NCBI GenBank assembly: GCA_902580445.1
Contig: CACHKQ010000003.1
Coordinates: 27,457-91,456, forward strand
From: an uncultured Pelagibacteraceae bacterium
GTDB lineage: Bacteria; Pseudomonadota; Alphaproteobacteria; Pelagibacterales; Pelagibacteraceae
Direction of reading: 5' to 3'
DNA: 64,000 nt
Positions 48,193 to 58,120 of this stretch are shown one piece after another. Made by a program: the position numbers and the translations under genes. Under the pieces are notes generated by a model, which made no database searches, had not been told where the DNA came from, and worked only from the letters and a program-made list of their open reading frames with translations. How positions within the stretch are numbered: the first letter of the stretch is position 1; every line of letters begins with the position of its first letter.

Positions 48193-48873
48193 CTAATTCA
48201 TTAAACTTAAAAATAATCCCAAACCACTTTCATTTGATAAAATTTTATCTGACATTCTTTCAGGGTGGGGCATCATTCCTAAAATATTTTTTTTATTATT
48301 AAATATTCCTGCAATGTTATTTATTGAACCATTAGGATTACTTTTCAAATTTATATTTCCATTTTCATCACAATATTTTATGGGTATTAATTCATTATCT
48401 TCAAGCTCATCAAGGTGTTCTTTACTTGTAAAATAATTTCCTTCATTGTGTGCAATATTTAATTTTAATATTTCATCCAATTTGTATTTATTAAAAAATT
48501 TACTTTTATTAGATAAAATTTTAACCTGAATATCTTTTGATATAAACTTAAGTCCTGAATTTCTTAATAATGCTCCTTTTAGCAATCCGCATTCAATTAA
48601 AATTTGAAATCCGTTACATATTCCAAGGATGAGAGAACCTTTTTTTCCTGCAGATATAACTTCAGATAAAATATTTGATTTAGCTGCTATTGCACCCGAT
48701 CTCAGATAGTCTCCGTAAGAAAAACCACCTGGAAGAACAATTAAATCTGATTTTGGTAATTCAGTTTCTTTATGCCATATCATTGAATTTTTAAATTGTA
48801 ATTTTTTTAAAGCTACGGCAACGTCTCTATCACAATTTGAACCAGGAAAAACTATAACTGATGATTTCATCAT
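48193..48873 (-). CDS. purQ: Phosphoribosylformylglycinamidine synthase subunit PurQ (glutaminase)
   Basis: [21 protein letters not shown] and MPHPER. Confidence 0.95.
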   Translation of the reverse strand: MMKSSVIVFPGSNCDRDVAVALKKLQFKNSMIWHKETELPKSDLIVLPGGFSYGDYLRSGAIAAKSNILSEVISAGKKGSLILGICNGFQILIECGLLKGALLRNSGLKFISKDIQVKILSNKSKFFNKYKLDEILKLNIAHNEGNYFTSKEHLDELEDNELIPIKYCDENGNINLKSNPNGSINNIAGIFNNKKNILGMMPHPERMSDKILSNESGLGLFLSLMN

Positions 48874-49109
48874 ATTTTTTTTATTTGAAAATCCTCAATA
48901 ATCTGATTTGCCAATAATTTTTCACACATTTTTCTTACCTTTGCTTCTCCACTTGCTGTATCGCTCTCATCTAAATCTATTTCAAAAAATTTGCCTTGTC
49001 TTATTGAATTCAGATTTTCAATCCCTATATTTTTTAAGGTTTGACCAACAACTTTACCTTGTGGGTCAAGCACATCTTTTTTCAACGTGATCGTTACAGC
49101 AAATTTCAA
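48870..49109 (-). CDS. purS: Phosphoribosylformylglycinamidine synthase subunit PurS
   Basis: 79 aa with VLDPQGKVV, located between purC and purQ. Confidence 0.9.
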   Translation of the reverse strand: MKFAVTITLKKDVLDPQGKVVGQTLKNIGIENLNSIRQGKFFEIDLDESDTASGEAKVRKMCEKLLANQIIEDFQIKKI

Positions 49110-49110
49110 T

Positions 49111-49896
49111 TTATTTTTTCTTAATACTTATTGATGTAGGTTTTTTAAAATTAACTTCACTTACATTAGTTGTTTCTGGAACTATTCCTAATCTTCGGGC
49201 CACTTCTTGATATGCTTGAATAATATTACCCAGATCTTTTCTAAATCTATCTTTATCTAATTTCCTCTCGCTTTTAATATCCCAAAGTCTACAGGTATCT
49301 GGACTTATTTCATCTGCGAGAATAACTTCTTTTGTATCTCCATTCCATATTCTTCCAAATTCAAGTTTGAAATCTACTAGCTTAATTCCAATTCCCCTAA
49401 ACATTCCTGACATAAAGTCATTAACTCTAAAAGTCATTTCCTCAATTAATTTGATTTCGTCTTCCGTTGCCCAATTAAATGCAAAAATATGTTCTTTAGC
49501 AATGAGTGGATCACCAAGTTCATCTTTTTTGTAACAAAACTCTATTAGTGGCTTTTCTAAGATTGTGCCATCGGTTACGCCCAATCTTTTAGTCAATGAT
49601 CCTGTAGCAATATTTCTAACTATGACTTCAATAGGTATAATCTCAACCAACTTAATTAATTGTTCCCTCATATTTAATCTTTTTATTAAATGATTCCTTA
49701 TACCTACCTGGTTCAAGTTCTGAAGGATGTGCTCTGAAATTCTGTTATTAAGAACACCTTTGCCCTCAACAGTTGCTTTTTTTTGATTATTAAAAGCTGT
49801 CGCATCATCCTTAAAATGTTGAATTGCTAAACCTTTTTCTTTGGTCTCGTAGATGATTTTAGCTTTTCCTTCGTAAAGTTTTTTACCTTTGTTCAT
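49111..49896 (-). CDS. purC: Phosphoribosylaminoimidazole-succinocarboxamide synthase
   Basis: [19 protein letters not shown] and [14 protein letters not shown]. Confidence 0.95.
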   Translation of the reverse strand: MNKGKKLYEGKAKIIYETKEKGLAIQHFKDDATAFNNQKKATVEGKGVLNNRISEHILQNLNQVGIRNHLIKRLNMREQLIKLVEIIPIEVIVRNIATGSLTKRLGVTDGTILEKPLIEFCYKKDELGDPLIAKEHIFAFNWATEDEIKLIEEMTFRVNDFMSGMFRGIGIKLVDFKLEFGRIWNGDTKEVILADEISPDTCRLWDIKSERKLDKDRFRKDLGNIIQAYQEVARRLGIVPETTNVSEVNFKKPTSISIKKK

Positions 49897-51191
49897 TTTT
49901 TTCTTAATACTCTACTGAAAATTACATTAATTTTTCTCGTGTGATAACCAAAATCAAATAATTTTTTGAGAGTATTAACAGGTATTTTGTCTGCAATTAC
50001 CTGGTCTTTTAACAAGCTATCGTAGAAAGGGATATTATTTTCAAGAGCTCTTATCGCACACTTTTGAACTATTCTATATGCTTGATCTCTTCTTAAACCT
50101 TGAGATGTAAGTTCAAGCAATACCCTTTGAGAAAAGAATATTCCTTTTGTTAAATCAAGATTTTTTTTCATATTATCTTTATTTACTTTCATTGATTTAA
50201 CAACATTGTTCAAGCGATCAAGAGCAAAATCTAAAGTTACGGTAGTGTCAGGCCCTATATTTCTTTCTACACTAGAATGGGAAATATCTCTTTCATGCCA
50301 AAGAGCTACATTTTCTAATGCTGGAATTACTGCAGATCTAATTAATCTAGCCAAGCCAGTAAGATTTTCTGTGAGAACTGGATTTTTTTTGTGTGGCATA
50401 GCCGAAGATCCCATTTGCTTACTATTAAAAAATTCTTCTACTTCTGAAACCTCTGTTCTTTGTAAATGTCTTATTTCTGTTGCAAATCTCTCGATTGAAC
50501 TTGCTATTATACCAAGAACTGAAAAAAAATAAGCATGTCTGTCTCTTGGTATAATTTGAGTTGATATTGGTTCAATATTTAATTTTAATTTGTTTGCAAC
50601 ATATTTCTCTACTCTTGGGTCTACATTTGCAAATGTACCAACAGCTCCGGAAATCGCACAAGTAGATATTTCTTTTATAGCACCTTGAAGTCTTTTATGA
50701 TTTCTTGAAAATTCTTCGTAAAAAGTTAGAAGTTTTAAACCAAAAGTAGTTGGCTCAGCGTGTATTCCGTGACTTCTACCTATACACAATGTATATTTAT
50801 GTTTTATGGCTTGTTTTTTAATTGAGTTTAGTAAAATTTGAATATCTTTAGATATAATTAATCCAGATTCTTTCAATTGAATATTAAAACAAGTATCTAA
50901 AACATCTGAAGATGTCATTCCCTTGTGCAAAAAACTTGCTTCTTTACCCACTTTTTCAATTATGGATGTTAAGAAAGCTATGACGTCATGTCTTACCTTT
51001 CCTTCAACTTTTAAAATTTTTTCTACATCTATTTTCGATTTTGATTTAACTTTTTTTACAACTCCTCTGGGAATTATTTTATATTTTTCCATTGCTTCAG
51101 CAGCAGCAATTTCAATTTTAAGCCACAGGCTGTATCTATTTTTATCAAGCCAGATTTCTCTAATTTCTTTTCTTGAATATCTTTCAATCAT
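49893..51191 (-). CDS. purB: Adenylosuccinate lyase
   Basis: MIERYSR start and the signature loop [11 protein letters not shown]. Confidence 0.95.
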   Translation of the reverse strand: MIERYSRKEIREIWLDKNRYSLWLKIEIAAAEAMEKYKIIPRGVVKKVKSKSKIDVEKILKVEGKVRHDVIAFLTSIIEKVGKEASFLHKGMTSSDVLDTCFNIQLKESGLIISKDIQILLNSIKKQAIKHKYTLCIGRSHGIHAEPTTFGLKLLTFYEEFSRNHKRLQGAIKEISTCAISGAVGTFANVDPRVEKYVANKLKLNIEPISTQIIPRDRHAYFFSVLGIIASSIERFATEIRHLQRTEVSEVEEFFNSKQMGSSAMPHKKNPVLTENLTGLARLIRSAVIPALENVALWHERDISHSSVERNIGPDTTVTLDFALDRLNNVVKSMKVNKDNMKKNLDLTKGIFFSQRVLLELTSQGLRRDQAYRIVQKCAIRALENNIPFYDSLLKDQVIADKIPVNTLKKLFDFGYHTRKINVIFSRVLRKK

Positions 51192-51964
51192 ATCTTGTAA
51201 GGTGGATAATCTAAACCTTTATTCGAGGCAGTGAATATTTCATATCCATTATCAGTTATACCAACAGTGTGTTCAAATTGTGCGGACAATTTTTTATCTT
51301 TTGTAACTGCTGTCCATCCATCATTTAATACTTTGGTTTCATATTGACCTTCATTTATCATTGGCTCAATTGTGAAAATCATTCCAGTCTTTAGTTTATT
51401 GCCAGTCTTTTCTTCCCCATAATGTAATATATTTGGAGGCTCATGAAAATTTTTTCCAACACCGTGTCCACAAAAATCTCTAACAACTGAAAAACCTTTT
51501 TTTTCAACATATTTTTGTATAACCGAACCTATATCTCCAAGGTGAATATCGTTTTTTAAAATTTTAATAGACTTAACCAATGCTTCATACGTAGTTTTTA
51601 CCAAATAATTTGCTTTTGTTGATACTTCACCAACAAAATACATTCTGCTAGTATCTCCATGCCAGCCATCCTTTAATGCAGTAACATCAACATTAATAAT
51701 ATCACCTTCATTTAAAACTTTATCTTTTGGAATGCCATGACAAACAATATGATTTGCTGATGTACAACATGATTTTGGATAACCTCTATAAAATAGAGGA
51801 GCTGAGTAAGCCTTATGATCGTTAATAAAGGCATAACACAATTTATCAATTTGTTCGGTTGTAACGCCGGGCTTAACTATCTTTGCAACCTCATCCAAAG
51901 CTGCAGATGCTATAGAACCAGCTTTTCTTGTCCCCGCGAAAGCTTCTAATATTTTATCAGTCAT
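51188..51964 (-). CDS. map: Type I methionine aminopeptidase
   Basis: CHGIP, DVTALKDGWHGDTSRMY, GHGVG and FTIEPM. Confidence 0.95.
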   Translation of the reverse strand: MTDKILEAFAGTRKAGSIASAALDEVAKIVKPGVTTEQIDKLCYAFINDHKAYSAPLFYRGYPKSCCTSANHIVCHGIPKDKVLNEGDIINVDVTALKDGWHGDTSRMYFVGEVSTKANYLVKTTYEALVKSIKILKNDIHLGDIGSVIQKYVEKKGFSVVRDFCGHGVGKNFHEPPNILHYGEEKTGNKLKTGMIFTIEPMINEGQYETKVLNDGWTAVTKDKKLSAQFEHTVGITDNGYEIFTASNKGLDYPPYKI

Positions 51965-52679
51965 TCAATAAAATTTTTATTTTATTATTTATTTCTATGC
52001 TTTTGTCTGAAAATTTACAATCATAACAAAGTACTTTTACATTTTTTTTTACAGCTTCTTTGAAAAATTTAGAATATTCAGGGTCTATATCTGCAGCAAT
52101 ACCAAAAGATTCACAATTTTCAATCTGCACTAAAAATAACAAGTAACAATCATAACCCTGTTTGTTAGCAGAAATTAAACTTTCAATATGTTTCTTGCCC
52201 CTAGAAGTAACAGCATCTGGAAACTCGGCGTAACCCTTCTTTCTACTTAGTGAAACACTTTTAACTTCAAGAAAAGCTTTTTTATTTTTTTTTGTATTGT
52301 TTAAAAGGAAATCAAATCTAGTATTTATTCCATATTTTTTTTCTGGTGTTATTTGATTATATATAGCCAAATCTTCTATATATTTATTTTCTAATGCCTC
52401 TTTTACTATTTTATTAGTAATATGAGTGTTAATACAAAATTTTGAATTATTAACTTCTATAATCTGAAGCGTGTGACTGAGTTTTCTTTTTTCATTTTTT
52501 GATCTTGTAATCCATACTTTATTTCCTTTAGCCAAAAGTTTTTGCATAGATCCAGGGTTAGGACAGTGAGCCGTAATTACTTTGTTTTCTATTTTAATAT
52601 CAACAAAAAAACGCTTATATCTTTTTATTAAAACACCTGATATTAATTCATTTTCAAAATCCATTTTAAATTGTACCAA
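51957..52679 (-). CDS. sfsA: Sugar fermentation stimulation protein SfsA (nuclease-like DNA-binding protein)
   Basis: LIKRYKRFFVDI and PNPGSM. The true start may be MDFENE at 52664. Confidence 0.85.
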   Translation of the reverse strand: MVQFKMDFENELISGVLIKRYKRFFVDIKIENKVITAHCPNPGSMQKLLAKGNKVWITRSKNEKRKLSHTLQIIEVNNSKFCINTHITNKIVKEALENKYIEDLAIYNQITPEKKYGINTRFDFLLNNTKKNKKAFLEVKSVSLSRKKGYAEFPDAVTSRGKKHIESLISANKQGYDCYLLFLVQIENCESFGIAADIDPEYSKFFKEAVKKNVKVLCYDCKFSDKSIEINNKIKILLND

Positions 52680-53444
52680 ATTATGGTTAAAAAATATAAA
52701 AAAATTTCCGGATCAATTTTGGTTATCGGTAACGAGATTTTATCAGGAAGAACAAAAGACCAAAACGTTTCTTATTTAGCATCATGGTTAAATACAAATC
52801 TTGGAATAAAAATATATGAAGTTCGTATAGTTCAAGATGAGGAGAAGGAAATAATAAAAAATCTTTTAAATCTTAGCAAAAACTATAATTATGTTTTTAC
52901 AACAGGTGGTATAGGACCAACTCATGATGATATTACAGCCAAATCTATTTCCAGAGCTTTTAAAAAAAAATATATTTATAACAAAGAAGCTTATGAGATT
53001 CTGAGCAAATATTATGGGAAAAAAGAATTTAATGATTCAAGAAAAAAAATGGCAAAAATGCCAGAAGGCTCAAAATTAATCTACAATCCATCAAGTGCTG
53101 CACCAGGTTTTATGATTAAAAATATAATTTGTCTTCCAGGAGTTCCATTAATTCTTCAATCCATGCTTCACAATATAAAAAAATATTTAAAAAAAGGCTC
53201 AAAAACTTATAGTATCTCAATAAGTACACAGACAGTTGAGAGCCAAATAGCTAATAATTTAGAAAAGATACAAAATAAATATAAAAAAATGGTTGAGATT
53301 GGAAGTTATCCTTTTTTTAGACTAGGAAAGATTGGTGTATCGATTGTTTTAAGATCCGAAAAAAAAACAAAGTTACAATCTTGCCACAAAGAAATTATTA
53401 AAATGTTAACTAAAAAGAAATTACAAATTTTGAAAGGTGTTTAA
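52671..53444 (+). CDS. CinA-like molybdopterin-binding (MoCF_biosynth) domain protein, without a PncC deamidase domain
   Basis: ILVIGNEILSGRTKDQN and TTGGIGPTHDDIT. The start may be the MVKK at 52683. Confidence 0.8.
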   Translation: MYQIMVKKYKKISGSILVIGNEILSGRTKDQNVSYLASWLNTNLGIKIYEVRIVQDEEKEIIKNLLNLSKNYNYVFTTGGIGPTHDDITAKSISRAFKKKYIYNKEAYEILSKYYGKKEFNDSRKKMAKMPEGSKLIYNPSSAAPGFMIKNIICLPGVPLILQSMLHNIKKYLKKGSKTYSISISTQTVESQIANNLEKIQNKYKKMVEIGSYPFFRLGKIGVSIVLRSEKKTKLQSCHKEIIKMLTKKKLQILKGV

Positions 53445-53869
53445 TGTTATATTTTGCTTACGGAAGTAATTTACATCAAAAACAAATGAAACGAAGGTGT
53501 AAAAACTCAAAATATATAGGCTGTTATACATTAAAAAATTTTAAGCTTTCGTTTAGAAACTATTATTTAGGCGGCGGTGTTGCTGATATTGAAAAAAAAG
53601 AAAACAGTTATGTCTTAGGCGCCATCTACAAAATAACAAAAGGGGATGAAAAAAAATTAGATGTATATGAAAATTATCCTGTAACTTATATAAAAAAATA
53701 TTTCACTCTGAAAGGCAAAAAAGTTATGTACTATTATATGCCAAAAAAAACTAAACATTTTGCACCAAGTAAACGATATCTAAATATAATAATTCAAGGA
53801 TATAAAGATTGTGGATATAGAGATAATTATATTGTTATTTCAAAAAATAAAAAAATAAAAGTAAGATGA
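53444..53869 (+). CDS. Gamma-glutamylcyclotransferase (AIG2/GGCT-like) family protein
   Basis: The YFAYGSNL N-terminal motif, 141 aa. Confidence 0.7.
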   Translation: MLYFAYGSNLHQKQMKRRCKNSKYIGCYTLKNFKLSFRNYYLGGGVADIEKKENSYVLGAIYKITKGDEKKLDVYENYPVTYIKKYFTLKGKKVMYYYMPKKTKHFAPSKRYLNIIIQGYKDCGYRDNYIVISKNKKIKVR

Positions 53870-54756
53870 AAATCTTTGACTGTTTTATGTATTTTGACGA
53901 AGATGTAGTTCTTGATCTTCGTTTAAATTATTTAAATAGATATATCGAAAAATTTATAATTGTAGAAAGCATGTATGCTCACAATGGAAAAAAGAGAAAC
54001 CTAAACTTTGATATTAATAATTTTAAAAAGTTTAAAGATAAAATAATTTATTTAGTATTAGATCACGAACCCCCAGGAATTGTTGGTATTAATGAAAGTG
54101 ATAGTTTTGATATAAAAAACGGAAAATATATTTTAAATTCTATGAAAAGAGATTTTTATCAAAGAAATTTTATACAGAACGGCATTAAAGATGTTGATAA
54201 TGGAGATTTTGTCTTGATCTCTGACTTAGACGAAATTCCCAAACTTGATAATACTGACCTATCTTCAATTAAAGAAAAATTAGTTTTTTTTAAACAAAAA
54301 ATGTTTTATTACAAATTTAATTTATGCTCTAAAACAGTAACATGGACTGGAACACGAGGGTGCAAAAAAAAACATTTAATTTCTCCCCAATGGCTAAGGA
54401 ATATAAAAGATAGATCATACCCTATTTGGAGACTAGATATCTTATTTTCAAAAAATAAATATTCAAATATTAAATCAATTAATGATGGCGGATGGCATTT
54501 TTCTTATTTAAAAACACCAGAAGGAATTGAAAAAAAATTAAGATCATACGCACACCACCGAGAATATGAATTAAATTCTTTAAGTCTTGATGAAATTGAA
54601 AAAAAAATACATGATCAAGAGAGTATTTATAATTTAAAGACGGATACAAAAAAATCTAAATTTGATAGTGGACAAAAACTATCGGTATCAAGTTTAAATG
54701 AATTACCTATTTATATTCAAAAAAATAAAGATAAATACAAACAATGGTTAGTATAA
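53866..54756 (+). CDS. Glycosyltransferase family 17 (GnT-III-like)
   Basis: MKIFDCFMYFDEDVVLDLRLNYL start, SDLDEIP and GGWHFSY. Confidence 0.75.
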   Translation: MKIFDCFMYFDEDVVLDLRLNYLNRYIEKFIIVESMYAHNGKKRNLNFDINNFKKFKDKIIYLVLDHEPPGIVGINESDSFDIKNGKYILNSMKRDFYQRNFIQNGIKDVDNGDFVLISDLDEIPKLDNTDLSSIKEKLVFFKQKMFYYKFNLCSKTVTWTGTRGCKKKHLISPQWLRNIKDRSYPIWRLDILFSKNKYSNIKSINDGGWHFSYLKTPEGIEKKLRSYAHHREYELNSLSLDEIEKKIHDQESIYNLKTDTKKSKFDSGQKLSVSSLNELPIYIQKNKDKYKQWLV

Positions 54757-54763
54757 AAAAAAA

Positions 54764-55678
54764 ATGAGAGAAAAAGCTATAGTAACACTTGCAGATTCAA
54801 ATTACTTTGATCTTTTAGTAGAACTCATTAAATCTATTCAAGCAAATGAAGAAAGTAAAAATATTTCAGTTTGTGTTTTAGATGCTGGTCTTAACAAAAA
54901 CCAAATAAAGACTCTTAGCCCTCTAGTTTACTCTATTAAAAAAGCAAACTGGGATATCGAAGTTCCCGGTTACAAAGTTATAAAAAAAGAATGGTTGAAG
55001 AGCCAAGTCTCAAGAGCTTTTTTACCAAATTATTTTCCTGAATTTAAAAAATATCTTTGGATTGACAGTGATGCGTGGATTAATTCTTGGTCAGCAGTAG
55101 AATTATATTTTAAAGCTTGTGATAATGGTAAACTTGGCATTACGCAAAGTATTGGGCCAGGTTATAAAATAATGACTAAAGTAAATTGGCTTTTTGGAAA
55201 ATTAGCAATAATCAAATCTCAAAATTATAAACACGCTAAATCCTCAGGTATTGATGAAGATATTGCTAGAAAGCTGGCTTTTGCTCCACACATAAACATA
55301 GGTGTTTTCTCCCTAGAAAAAAATTCTAAATGCTGGGGAATTTGGCAAGAAAATTTAAAAAAGACACTTACTAAAGGAAAAATTTTTGGTTCAGAGGGTT
55401 TGGCAATAAATATTGCGGTCTATCATAATAATATTGATGTTGAATTTTTACCCCTCAAGTGTAATTGGATAACTAGTCATTTACTTCCAAAGTATGATGA
55501 TAAAATTAATACATTTGTCGAGCCATATCTTCCTAATGAAAAAATTGGAATTATGCATTTAGCAGCTGGAATTTGGCAAGGCAATAAAGATATGAGATTG
55601 AACAAAGACATCAAGATTAGTATTTCTACGCTTGATGGAAAAGAGATTAAAAAAAGTTTAAGGTTCGGTATTATTTAA
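54764..55678 (+). CDS. Putative GT-A fold glycosyltransferase (GT8-like)
   Basis: AIVTLADSNYFDLL start and a DxD-like WIDSDAW. The match is by eye only. Confidence 0.5.
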   Translation: MREKAIVTLADSNYFDLLVELIKSIQANEESKNISVCVLDAGLNKNQIKTLSPLVYSIKKANWDIEVPGYKVIKKEWLKSQVSRAFLPNYFPEFKKYLWIDSDAWINSWSAVELYFKACDNGKLGITQSIGPGYKIMTKVNWLFGKLAIIKSQNYKHAKSSGIDEDIARKLAFAPHINIGVFSLEKNSKCWGIWQENLKKTLTKGKIFGSEGLAINIAVYHNNIDVEFLPLKCNWITSHLLPKYDDKINTFVEPYLPNEKIGIMHLAAGIWQGNKDMRLNKDIKISISTLDGKEIKKSLRFGII

Positions 55679-55686
55679 TTAAATTA

Positions 55687-56073
55687 TTATGGCGTAGTGA
55701 TGATAACAGATGCAATTGCATGTGATTTTTCATCAGATAATGAGACGAAAGTTTTGAATTTCTTTTTTATTAACCTTTTTATAATTTTTTTACTTTCTCC
55801 ATTTATGCTTAAAATTGGTTTACCTTTTTTATTATTTGTTATTTCAATATCCTTAAAGTTTAATCCTTTAGAAATACCAGTGCCTAAGGCTTTAGAAAAA
55901 GCCTCCTTGGCAGCAAATCTCTTTGCGTAATAATTAGACTGATTATTTTTTTTTGCACCTAAAATAATTTCTTTTTTTGAAAAAATTCTTTTTTTAAAAT
56001 TTCGGTTATTCCTTAAAATAGATTGAATTCTCTTAATATTTACAAGATCTGAACCTAAGCCAAAAATATTCAT
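55687..56073 (-). CDS. acpS: Holo-[acyl-carrier-protein] synthase
   Basis: MNIFGLGSDLVNIKRI and FAAKEAFSKALGTG. I place the start at 56073 (CAT at 56071..56073), which leaves 1 nt after the zur stop, rather than the track start at 56106. Confidence 0.85.
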   Translation of the reverse strand: MNIFGLGSDLVNIKRIQSILRNNRNFKKRIFSKKEIILGAKKNNQSNYYAKRFAAKEAFSKALGTGISKGLNFKDIEITNNKKGKPILSINGESKKIIKRLIKKKFKTFVSLSDEKSHAIASVIITTP

Positions 56074-56074
56074 T

Positions 56075-56482
56075 TTACTTAGATTTACATTTTTGACATA
56101 AGCCAAAAAATTCTAGATTATATTTTTTGTACCTCATACCAGTATTATCTTGAAAACTCTTTAGATACTTTGAAAGTTTGGAATTAACGATCTCAGTAAC
56201 TTTTTCACAAACTTGACATATTGAGAAAGCTGTTGCGTTTGAAACTTCACAATTCGTATTTTTACATACCACAAAAGAATTTTTACTTTCTACTTTATGA
56301 ATTTTTCCTACTTTGATTAATTTTTCTAAAGCCCTGTAAACTTGAGGAGGTGCTTTGATACCCTTTTTTTTTACATTAGATAATATTGAATAAGCTTTAA
56401 CCGGTTCTCTTGATTTTTCAATTAAATCAAAAACTATTTGCTCATTTTTTGTTAGATTATTTTCTTTATGCATTTTAGTCAT
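56075..56482 (-). CDS. zur: Fur-family metalloregulator, probable zinc uptake regulator
   Basis: An N-terminal winged helix, CxxC pairs (CQVCEKV, CQKCK), and a position inside the znu locus. Confidence 0.8.
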   Translation of the reverse strand: MTKMHKENNLTKNEQIVFDLIEKSREPVKAYSILSNVKKKGIKAPPQVYRALEKLIKVGKIHKVESKNSFVVCKNTNCEVSNATAFSICQVCEKVTEIVNSKLSKYLKSFQDNTGMRYKKYNLEFFGLCQKCKSK

Positions 56483-56497
56483 TGTACTGATTCTCCA

Positions 56498-57301
56498 TTA
56501 ATTTTTCAATTTAATCGATTGTTTAATTTTTAATAATGAAAGTATGAATAGGAATAAGGCAGCTGCTATAATTGAAGGGCCCGAAGCTGTATTAAATTCT
56601 AAAGAAGTTAACAAACCTAAAATTACAGACAACAATCCTCCAATCACTGAATAAATTACCATCATTTGTGGGCTTGAAGAAATATTTCTAGCCATTGCAG
56701 CTGGTATAATCAACATTCCTGTAATTAATAGTAATCCAACCATTTTTATTGAAATAGCAATGATACCTGCCATTAAAATTGTAAATATAGCTTTAGCTCT
56801 GTCAGGATTTAAGCCTTCAGCTTCTGCTAATTCGTAGTTTACTGTTGAGGCAAATAAAGGTTTCCATATCAATCTAAGAATTATTAGAATTAATGGACCT
56901 CCTATCCATATAATGAATATATCATTAATTGTAACTGCTAATATGTCTCCAAATAATAATCCCATGATATCGAACCTAATGAATGTTAAAAATCCAATAA
57001 CAACTAGTCCAACTGCTAAAGATGAATGAGCTAAAAGCCCTAGTAAAGCATCACCTGGTAGATTAGTTCTTTTTTGTAAATCTATCAGAATTAACGCAAT
57101 TAAAGATGAAATTATAAACACTGAAATAGCAATGTTAAATTCTAAAGTATAAGCGAGTGTAACTCCAAGTAAAGCAGAGTGAGCAAGAGTATCGCCAAAA
57201 TATGATAACCGTCTCCATATAACGAAACATCCAAGGGGTCCTGTAACAATTGCAATACCGAGTCCAGCTATTAAAGCTCTTATAAAAAAATCTTCTAACA
57301 T
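56498..57301 (-). CDS. znuB: Zinc ABC transporter permease
   Basis: A polytopic ABC-3 family permease adjacent to znuC. Confidence 0.9.
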   Translation of the reverse strand: MLEDFFIRALIAGLGIAIVTGPLGCFVIWRRLSYFGDTLAHSALLGVTLAYTLEFNIAISVFIISSLIALILIDLQKRTNLPGDALLGLLAHSSLAVGLVVIGFLTFIRFDIMGLLFGDILAVTINDIFIIWIGGPLILIILRLIWKPLFASTVNYELAEAEGLNPDRAKAIFTILMAGIIAISIKMVGLLLITGMLIIPAAMARNISSSPQMMVIYSVIGGLLSVILGLLTSLEFNTASGPSIIAAALFLFILSLLKIKQSIKLKN

Positions 57302-58048
57302 TTAATTTTTTTTTATTTTTCCTTCGTTTGTATGAATATGATCGTGTCTATGTTCGTATCTTGATAATATTTGAGAAGCCTTTTCTCCGAATAAAGCTTT
57401 ATATTCATTATTTTTTGCAACCTCTATTGGAGATCCTGAACAACACACATGACCATTTAGGCAAACAACGTGATCTGTAGCTGTCATTACAGTATGCAAG
57501 TCGTGAGAAATTAATAAAATTCCACAATTTAGTTCATCAGAAATTTTCTTTATAAGTTTGTATAAAGCAATTTCACCCGTAAAATCTACCCCTTGCACTG
57601 GTTCATCAAGAACTAATAGTTCTGGTTTTTTTGAAATAGCTCTTGCAATCAAAACTCTTTGAAATTCCCCACCTGATAAGTCTCCTAAATTTTTATCTTT
57701 AAGATGTATAACACCTGTTAATGATAGAGCATCATTAATAGCTTCTTCTTTCAGGTTTTCAGTAAGTATTATAAAATCCCTTACTCTGAGAGGCAATGTC
57801 CAATCAATTGAAATTTTTTGAGGAACATATCCAACTTTATTTGTATATTTTTCAACTCTTCCATCAATTTTTTTATAGATACCCAAGGCAATTTTTGCTG
57901 TCGTGCTTTTTCCAGAACCATTAGGACCAATAAGAGTAACTATTCTACCTTTTTCAATCTGAAGAGAAACATCTTTAACAAGCCATTTATCGTTTATACG
58001 AAAACTAGCTTGTTTTAATTTTACTAAGATATTTTGATTTGATTTCAT
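57302..58048 (-). CDS. znuC: Zinc ABC transporter ATP-binding protein
   Basis: Walker A GPNGSGKST, signature LSGGEFQR and Walker B LLVLDEP. Confidence 0.9.
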   Translation of the reverse strand: MKSNQNILVKLKQASFRINDKWLVKDVSLQIEKGRIVTLIGPNGSGKSTTAKIALGIYKKIDGRVEKYTNKVGYVPQKISIDWTLPLRVRDFIILTENLKEEAINDALSLTGVIHLKDKNLGDLSGGEFQRVLIARAISKKPELLVLDEPVQGVDFTGEIALYKLIKKISDELNCGILLISHDLHTVMTATDHVVCLNGHVCCSGSPIEVAKNNEYKALFGEKASQILSRYEHRHDHIHTNEGKIKKN

Positions 58049-58068
58049 TTTTACCGCTTGACATTAAA

Positions 58069-58102
58069 ATGTTATAATATTACATAATGTTATATTATAA
58101 CA
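58069..58102. promoter_or_regulatory. Two adjacent Zur boxes in the znuC/znuA divergent promoter region
   Basis: Box 1 (58069..58085, ATGTTATAATATTACAT) is palindromic at 16 of its 17 bases (7 of 8 arm pairs); the 23-nt stretch around it (58066..58088) matches 18/23 positions of the remembered E. coli Zur box GAAATGTTATAATATAACATTTC. Box 2 (58088..58102, TGTTATATTATAACA) is a perfect 7-1-7 palindrome. They overlap TTGACA (58058) and TATAAT-like hexamers. Confidence 0.7.
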
Positions 58103-58120
58103 ATCAAACATATCAATATT

